Shown: piece by piece, positions 26,997 through 32,000 of the stretch | Layout of the letters: each line of letters begins with the position of its first letter | Position numbering within the stretch: the first letter of the stretch is position 1 | Origin: Alkanindiges illinoisensis DSM 15370 | GTDB taxonomy: Bacteria; Pseudomonadota; Gammaproteobacteria; Pseudomonadales; Moraxellaceae | Assembly: GCF_000619845.1 (NCBI RefSeq) | Contig: NZ_JHUX01000003.1 | Location: 1,540,064 to 1,572,063 of the forward strand | Direction of reading: 5' to 3' | Length of the DNA stretch: 32,000 bases | Notes under the pieces: model-generated | What the model saw: the letters and a program-made list of their open reading frames with translations, nothing else | Database searches by the model: none | What the model was told of the DNA's origin: nothing | Position numbers and translations under genes: made by a program

Positions 26997-29690
26997 TTAA
27001 TCCCTGTTGGCCACCGGCTTTTCAAAGATCCAGCAGCGGGTTGATTTGCGGGTGATGCGACTTGACACCATCCGGTTAGTTTCAATAAAGCGGTAATGCT
27101 GGCTGTGCCGCAGGGCATCCTGTAATTCCTGCATTGGCGGCAGCTGGTAGTGCAGATCTGAAGCGACCTTGTACAACTGGGGAAAGTTGATGGCGATCAG
27201 TGTGGATTTGGAGTGGTGATTCACCACTGATTCTTCAGTCAGTGACTTATGACCTTCGATTTGCTCAAAGGTGTCCCAGAAGTTTTGAACAATGACAGAA
27301 TCGGATTTGAGCACTTTGTCACGGCTAATGGCCATATTCACCAGTTCGCCCCTAACCTGATCCTGGATCTCTGCAGGCACAGTGATAAGGTGCTGGCACA
27401 TGGCATCAAACAGGGCCATCAGCTGGGCATGGTTATGCACTACCCGGCTGGACTGAATATTTAAGCTTTCCTGGTGCAGCTGGTTGTCATAATGATTTAG
27501 CTGCAGGCTATAGGTGTGCAGAACTTCTTTTTCTTTTTGCAGACATTCCAGAATAAACTGGCTCACATCTTCCAGCTCATACTTTGATAAACGGCGTGAA
27601 GCAACCAGGGTTTCTTTGGTCAGTTGATCCTTCTTAAAACCAACATGAACGATACGGCCCATCACCGCTTCAGATGCCATCACTTCCGCGTTCTGGCTGA
27701 TAATGACAGTGCCCATAAACGGTGGCTCATACGTTTCATTGCCGCCATTTTTTATGCCCTGTGCACCAAGCGAACCACCGTCATACAAAGTTTTAATAGT
27801 GTCCCAGTTGAACTGGCGTGATGCGTTCTCGCCCTGGCGATCTGATTCAATCAGTAACACTGGCAAATTGGATACTTGCCGAAAGGTACGTGTTAAACCG
27901 GCCTTACTGGTTTTGTTAGGATCTAAGCCTTCATAGTTGGCCCGGCCAAACAGTTTCCATAAGAACTGGATCAGGGTGGTTTTACCCGTACCAGGTTCAC
28001 CAACAATTTCAACGAATGGAAAAGACTTGTGCATGTGACGGATCTGCTGGGCATACAGGCTGCCAAAAAATGCAGTCAATGCCAGTAGGCCTTTCACCTG
28101 GAATGCACCAATAAAGTCATTTACCCAGGCTTTTTTATAATCTGCGAGCTGGGTGTTAATACTTAACTGGAATGGTGCACGGCTTTTTAAATTGATCTTG
28201 CGTGGCAATTCAAAATATTGCTCATTATTGATTTTGAACTGTTTGCCATTCTGATACGCGATATCACCCAATACATAGGTTTTTAGCTCATTGTGATAGC
28301 CCACGTAATTGATAAGCTGAACCCGTTTAATATCGGTAATCCAGTGTTCCAGCAATTTATCCAGCTGGCCACCTGATCCGGTGTATACCACGCCCGGAGC
28401 GATGGCCAACAGGCGTTTTTTAAACTCTGATGCGGCCGCCAGTTGCGAACCGGTAAAGGTATTTTGTACAGCCGGTGCATTACGCGGAAAATCAATATTG
28501 AAGAAATACCAGGCTTCATCGGTTTCATCGCTGTACTGGTAGTACAAAGCGGTAGGCTTGCAGTTAACAATCTTGGTAACGGTATTGCTATTTTTTAGCG
28601 CATTGTCACGGGCTTCCAGCTCTGCTTTTTCCTTCTCGGCTTCCAGCCAGTCTTCATTGTCCAGATCTGCCAGTTTTAAAGCATCGTTGTACTTGTCCAT
28701 GTCCAGCTTAAACCAGTAAAGCTGATTCATAAAATCAAATGGAAAGCTGTTATTCCCATGCCGGTTGTAAATTAGCAGGGCTTTTTCAACCGGCTTTTGG
28801 GCAGTCAGTAAATTGCCGTAATAACGGTAGTTTTCAAGATCATGGAAGCCTAATTTTTCGGCTTTATATAAGTCATTCCAATCAACTTTAGTACGGCCAG
28901 ATGGTGGCTGGGCTGCAAAACAGGTGAAACCGGCTTCAGTGGCTTTCCTGATATTTTTTTCAATACCGGCTTTGCCAGATGGATCGGCATCAAATGCCCA
29001 TACCAGTGTTGGTAGGGTCTTATTGGCTTCCCGGCACTTGGTGGCAATCTGTTCTAAGAAAATAGAGGGATAATTATTACTGGATAAGGCTGAAAAACTG
29101 GTAATGCCAGATAACCACAGGGCGATGGTGTCAAAAATCCCTTCAGTGATCCAGATTTCCTTGCTATCTAAATAATTAGTGTTGGGTGTTAGCCAGGCAT
29201 GGCCACTGGATGACCATTGCCACTTGAATGTGGTTTTCTGCAGTACACCTTTATCATCCAGAATGCGCTGCCACCAGCCTTCATTGCCAGCTTCATCTGT
29301 AATGGGAAAACGAACAGTGACTGAACCGACGTTTAATTCAGAGTTTTTATAATATTCCTGGGTATATAAGCCTTTTAGCTTATCCAGTGGAAATCCCCTG
29401 CCTTCGCACAGGTAAGCATCAACCGTTGCGGTCGGGTTTTCCTGAGTTGGCTTAAAGCGTTTTTCCCAGTTCTCAAATAGATCGGGGTACAAATCACGTA
29501 GATAAAACTGTTCGCCACAATGGTTGGTTCTAGGGCAGAACAATACCCAAGGGGCTTGTGCATGGGTCCATAGTTCTTTTTTATGGCAGCTGGGGCAAAT
29601 ACCACCACGCAAATGAGTGGCACTTTTCCTTTTAAACTGGAAGTCACGATCCAGTCGCACGAGTGCATCATTTAATGTTTCTGGGTACAT
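26997..29690 (-). CDS. bifunctional DNA primase/helicase (zinc finger + TOPRIM + SF3 P-loop helicase)
   Basis: The N-terminus has CPSCHKKELW...CPRTNHCG. The TOPRIM motifs are WITEGIFDTIAL and VWAFDADPSGKAG. The helicase has Walker A GEPGTGKTT, Walker B PVLLIESD and the SF3 motif C VIISQN. The ~170-aa C-terminal extension has unknown function. Confidence 0.85.
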   Translation of the reverse strand: MYPETLNDALVRLDRDFQFKRKSATHLRGGICPSCHKKELWTHAQAPWVLFCPRTNHCGEQFYLRDLYPDLFENWEKRFKPTQENPTATVDAYLCEGRGFPLDKLKGLYTQEYYKNSELNVGSVTVRFPITDEAGNEGWWQRILDDKGVLQKTTFKWQWSSSGHAWLTPNTNYLDSKEIWITEGIFDTIALWLSGITSFSALSSNNYPSIFLEQIATKCREANKTLPTLVWAFDADPSGKAGIEKNIRKATEAGFTCFAAQPPSGRTKVDWNDLYKAEKLGFHDLENYRYYGNLLTAQKPVEKALLIYNRHGNNSFPFDFMNQLYWFKLDMDKYNDALKLADLDNEDWLEAEKEKAELEARDNALKNSNTVTKIVNCKPTALYYQYSDETDEAWYFFNIDFPRNAPAVQNTFTGSQLAAASEFKKRLLAIAPGVVYTGSGGQLDKLLEHWITDIKRVQLINYVGYHNELKTYVLGDIAYQNGKQFKINNEQYFELPRKINLKSRAPFQLSINTQLADYKKAWVNDFIGAFQVKGLLALTAFFGSLYAQQIRHMHKSFPFVEIVGEPGTGKTTLIQFLWKLFGRANYEGLDPNKTSKAGLTRTFRQVSNLPVLLIESDRQGENASRQFNWDTIKTLYDGGSLGAQGIKNGGNETYEPPFMGTVIISQNAEVMASEAVMGRIVHVGFKKDQLTKETLVASRRLSKYELEDVSQFILECLQKEKEVLHTYSLQLNHYDNQLHQESLNIQSSRVVHNHAQLMALFDAMCQHLITVPAEIQDQVRGELVNMAISRDKVLKSDSVIVQNFWDTFEQIEGHKSLTEESVVNHHSKSTLIAINFPQLYKVASDLHYQLPPMQELQDALRHSQHYRFIETNRMVSSRITRKSTRCWIFEKPVANRD

Positions 29691-29710
29691 AGAATACTTC
29701 TAGTTAAAAG

Positions 29711-29893
29711 TTACAACGAATGCCGGAGGTTAGTTTGAATTTCACGTCCTGCCAGCTGCAGCAGTTTTTCCTGCAGTCGCTGCTTGAGCAAAAATTCAAT
29801 CGTTTCTTCCACGCTGGCAAGCCCCAAAAACAGTTGTACTTCCTGTACAACCTCTAATTCCTGATCGCTTAGGTCTATTGGTTTTGCTGGCAT
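29711..29893 (-). CDS. hypothetical small protein (60 aa)
   Basis: This is a tracked ORF that overlaps the upstream gene by 19 nt. It is acidic and helical. Confidence 0.4.
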   Translation of the reverse strand: MPAKPIDLSDQELEVVQEVQLFLGLASVEETIEFLLKQRLQEKLLQLAGREIQTNLRHSL

Positions 29894-30138
29894 ACTTCGC
29901 CGCTCCGCGAAAGGTGAGCAGTCGCGCCTTTGTTTAAAAATTTATCAAGGCTAAAGTCCGGCTCGATGTCATCAGCCAGCAGGATAGCCAGTGCCTGCTT
30001 CATCAGCATTTGGCGCATGATGACACCGGCTTGAATGCCAGTAATGTTGGCAGCGGCTTCAAATATCTTTGTTTCATCATCGGTCAGATTGATATTGAAG
30101 CGGTTGTCACGCTTTTGTTTTCTGATACGCAATGACAT
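29875..30138 (-). CDS. ribbon-helix-helix-like small DNA-binding protein (87 aa)
   Basis: RFNINLTDDETKIFEAAANITGIQAGVIMRQML has the beta-strand/helix/helix layout of RHH (MobC/CopG-like) proteins. GGAG lies upstream of the ATG. Confidence 0.5.
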   Translation of the reverse strand: MSLRIRKQKRDNRFNINLTDDETKIFEAAANITGIQAGVIMRQMLMKQALAILLADDIEPDFSLDKFLNKGATAHLSRSGEVCQQNQ

Positions 30139-30147
30139 GACCCGCTC

Positions 30148-30354
30148 CTAGTTCTGACTTTGGTTGGCATTTTGGCTGGCGAGCTTGCCGGCATAGTAAA
30201 ACTTGGCAATAACGCTAGAACGGCTGGAATCAGTCTGCTCTGCAATTTCATCCAGAAATTTGAGTTCTTCCGCTGGAAGATACAGGGCGCAACGCTCACG
30301 ACCACCTGAGATTTTGCGGGCGCGTGTCGATTTAGGTGAATTTGATGTGCTCAT
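30148..30354 (-). CDS. ribbon-helix-helix (CopG/Arc-like) protein (68 aa), Cro-position gene of the switch
   Basis: This is Met16 of tracked ORF 30148..30399. RERCALYLPAEELKFLDEIAEQTDSSRSSVIAKFYY has an RHH pattern. It is the first gene of the leftward operon and is divergent from the XRE gene. Confidence 0.55.
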   Translation of the reverse strand: MSTSNSPKSTRARKISGGRERCALYLPAEELKFLDEIAEQTDSSRSSVIAKFYYAGKLASQNANQSQN

Positions 30355-30379
30355 AAGGTAAACTCGGCCATAGTGATAT

Positions 30380-30401
30380 GCTATAGCCCAATATAGCACA
30401 A
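30380..30401. promoter_or_regulatory. candidate operator repeats in the divergent switch region
   Basis: The 8-bp palindrome GCTATAGC lies at 30380-30387. Tandem 10-bp repeats TATAGCCCAA and TATAGCACAA lie at 30382-30391 and 30392-30401. All sit between the divergent RHH and XRE genes. Confidence 0.4.
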
Positions 30402-30435
30402 ATATTTACCCTTTCAATAGAAATAGGTGAAATTT

Positions 30436-30891
30436 ATGTCTGATTCTTCAGATTCGAATATACATAGCGCCGAAAACATAGCGCATCGCTTTAATGATGA
30501 AGTCGCACGTAATGGCTTTAAGGCTAAAAGTTTGTCGCGTGATATTGGCGCGCATGAAAACACGCTGGGCAATTATGTTCGGGGCAAGGTGCCGGATCAG
30601 TGGGTGTATTTAGCCAGGCTGCATGAAAAAGGCATTGATATTCGTTATGTGCTGCTGGGCATTGACCCGGATTTTGCAGGGCTGACCAGTGAAGAAAGCC
30701 TGTTATTAAAAGCCTATCGGCAGATTAGTCCTGAAGGACAGGAAGCATTACTGGGTTTGGCCAAGGCCTATGCAAAAGATGGTGAAAAAAATGCAATGGT
30801 ACAAAGTCAGTATATGGAACCGCTTGATTATGATTTTGATTTGCCAAGCATTAAAATAAAAACTGATGACGATGAAAAATCGTCTGCATAA
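30436..30891 (+). CDS. XRE-family helix-turn-helix repressor (CI-like)
   Basis: The HTH is AKSLSRDIGAHENTLGNYVRGKVPDQWVYLARLHEKGIDIRYVLLG. The ATG at 30436 has AGGTGA 5 nt upstream. The tracked GTG start at 30427 lies within that SD. Confidence 0.8.
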   Translation: MSDSSDSNIHSAENIAHRFNDEVARNGFKAKSLSRDIGAHENTLGNYVRGKVPDQWVYLARLHEKGIDIRYVLLGIDPDFAGLTSEESLLLKAYRQISPEGQEALLGLAKAYAKDGEKNAMVQSQYMEPLDYDFDLPSIKIKTDDDEKSSA

Positions 30892-30921
30892 AAAAACCGG
30901 CAACTGAAAACCAGCTGCCGG
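30890..30921 (-). terminator. terminator between convergent genes (best in minus sense)
   Basis: ccggcaactg (30897-30906) pairs with cagctgccgg (30912-30921). The single mismatch is a U-G wobble only in minus sense. The A7 run at 30890-30896 gives a U7 tail in minus sense. Confidence 0.7.
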
Positions 30922-30938
30922 TGATACCACTGCCTAAA

Positions 30939-31520
30939 CTAACTATCCAGCTTATGCTGCACTTTCTCTAGCTTTTGCTCAATGTCCAGCAGCTTATACA
31001 CCAGGTCATTTAAATTATAGGTGACCTGCGGATTGTTGACTGCACTCTCCAGTGAGCTGCGCCAGATGCGGATGTTACCCAGTGCCATGTCCAGCAATAA
31101 ACCTGTGTCGGGCTGTTGATTTGGATTGACTTGCATAGTTCTCCTGTTGTCCGTTGATATTGTTTGGGTGCTGGCAATCCTGTTTAACTGAAAACGCCAG
31201 CCTGCCACCGCCTCATCATACCAAATGGAACTTTTTACAACGCCCGTTCCATGAAAAATTGGATATTTTGCGTCAGCCAGTGACGCAGTAATGTCTTCGA
31301 GTGGTGGCAGGGCTGGCTGTTCTTCCTGCTGTAATAAGGCTCTGATTTGCTCATAGGAAATCACCAGAAAACCATGCTGGGTAGTATGGTTGATGTTATG
31401 CCCCTGCTGCACCAGATAATCTACCGCAGCAAACAGTTGTTTAAGCACTTTGCGGCTTTTCTTGCAGGTGGCCATGACACGATCGCCAATGGGAACGTAA
31501 GGAATGATGGAATCGTTCAT
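30939..31520 (-). CDS. hypothetical protein (193 aa)
   Basis: This is a tracked ORF with no family recognised. The C-terminal ~40 aa look coiled-coil-like (LNDLVYKLLDIEQKLEKVQHKLDS). Confidence 0.6.
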   Translation of the reverse strand: MNDSIIPYVPIGDRVMATCKKSRKVLKQLFAAVDYLVQQGHNINHTTQHGFLVISYEQIRALLQQEEQPALPPLEDITASLADAKYPIFHGTGVVKSSIWYDEAVAGWRFQLNRIASTQTISTDNRRTMQVNPNQQPDTGLLLDMALGNIRIWRSSLESAVNNPQVTYNLNDLVYKLLDIEQKLEKVQHKLDS

Positions 31521-31657
31521 TTGGCACCTGCCTTGATTTTTGCAATCAGTTTGGCAAGCGTGCTTTGAGGTATAGCAAAGTTGGATGCGGTTAAGCGGTT
31601 ATAGCAGATAAGGTCGAATTGAGTGCTTGGACGTGCAGGTGCCTGACGTAACTTCAT
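31517..31657 (-). CDS. untracked 46-aa ORF, possible small HTH (AlpA/Xis-like) protein
   Basis: Manual translation gives MKLRQAPARPSTQFDLICYNRLTASNFAIPQSTLAKLIAKIKAGAK. The ATG is at 31655-31657 with the purine tract GAGAAAAG upstream. The stop overlaps the next ATG as ATGA. It falls below the 60-aa track cutoff. Confidence 0.5.
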   Translation of the reverse strand: MKLRQAPARPSTQFDLICYNRLTASNFAIPQSTLAKLIAKIKAGAK

Positions 31658-31665
31658 AGTCTTTT

Positions 31666-31900
31666 CTCGTGAATAAGTTTTAAGTTATCCACCACCTAAC
31701 TTTCCTAGGGTTAGGGTGGCAGATCAGACAAGGCTAGGAAAACCGCTTCACGAGTCGCGGCCAGCCCGAAGGCTGCCCCATCTGATCCACCATAAAAGTA
31801 TGACCAAACAGTTGGCAAAAAAATAGCCGCTGAAGCGACTGTGTTTTTGCGCTCGTGAAGTATATGCGAGTTTCCTAGGCTCGACACCGATTTTGCGGTG
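31666..31900 (-). ncRNA. candidate structured regulatory leader RNA with a three-site complementary box network
   Basis: In minus sense there is a central domain at 31715-31791. It is closed by an 11-bp helix (31715-31728 with 31781-31791) and contains a cUUCGg-capped hairpin (31759-31777). It has single-stranded boxes CUCGUGAAG (revcomp of 31746-31754) and UUUUCCUAG (revcomp of 31734-42). Complementary box pairs lie at 31852-31879 and at 31666-31709. A small hairpin plus U7 lies at 31816-31840. The wobble pairs and U-runs only work in minus sense. Confidence 0.55.
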
Positions 31901-32000
31901 TAAATATATCTTGTGTCATAGCGTGCTGTTATGTCAAGGGTTATTTAAGTACTATCATCTCCATAATACTAACATCTGGTACAACTGTTCTCACTAACTC

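Larger units (their letters stand above)
24020..32000 (-). mobile_element. integrated element at a tRNA-His att site (P4-like/satellite-like architecture), right end beyond the window
   Basis: tRNA-His 3' fragments mark the left boundary. The element contains a tyrosine integrase, a primase-helicase, an XRE/RHH switch and small unknown ORFs. No capsid, tail or lysis genes appear in the visible 8 kb. Confidence 0.75.

Noticed and set aside
31680-31900. Retron msr/msd-like ncRNA interpretation of the structured region
   Set aside because: No reverse transcriptase gene follows in either direction within the window. The downstream genes are 46 and 193 aa. The repeat logic (one central site complementary to two flanks) does not match the a1/a2 terminal repeats of a retron.
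31932-31937. Perfect -35 hexamer TTGACA (minus strand) as the leader promoter
   Set aside because: No acceptable -10 lies at 16-18 nt spacing (acaaga, cacaag or caagat). A TATATT lies 23 nt away. An open frame also enters from the window edge and stops at 31941-31943, so the leader may be intercistronic. The promoter is left unassigned.

Overview
This looks like a gammaproteobacterial chromosome segment. Protein similarities to E. coli ArgG, PyrC, RNase T, ProS, Alx and AroP are recognisable by eye. An Acinetobacter/Moraxellaceae-type origin is only a guess. Positions 1-23.9 kb are mostly core genome. They hold a partial Crp/Fnr regulator, a DUF962 protein, a small lipoprotein, a Val-Asp-Asp-Val tRNA operon, an L,D-transpeptidase, ybaN, argG, a GGDEF cyclase, pyrC-rnt, tRNA-Glu and an acyltransferase. 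They also hold a yybP-ykoY (Mn2+) riboswitch in front of an alx/terC gene next to a DUF475 gene, an Old Yellow Enzyme flavoprotein, an AroP-like permease, tRNA-Arg(CCT), proS, and a DUF2946/TonB-receptor/PepSY cluster. Two accessory regions stand out. (1) A visibly AT-rich three-gene islet lies between tRNA-Arg and proS (16.2-17.5 kb) with no mobility gene. (2) From 24.0 kb to the window edge there is an integrated element bounded by two tandem, non-identical tRNA-His 3' fragments. It carries a tyrosine integrase, four small unknown cargo ORFs, a zinc-finger/TOPRIM/SF3 primase-helicase, three small ribbon-helix-helix-like genes divergent from an XRE repressor, and a two-gene operon that includes an untracked 46-aa ORF. 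No virion genes are visible, so the architecture is P4-like or satellite-like. The most interesting signal is the ~235-nt leader of that last operon (31666-31900). A central folded domain exposes two boxes that are complementary to box pairs both upstream and downstream. Both copies of one box sit exactly in hairpin loops, and the downstream copy of the other box abuts the Shine-Dalgarno sequence. This resembles the logic of P4 CI RNA (seqB versus seqA/seqC) immunity. All calls rest on reading the sequence and ORF track by eye; no searches or folding programs were run.
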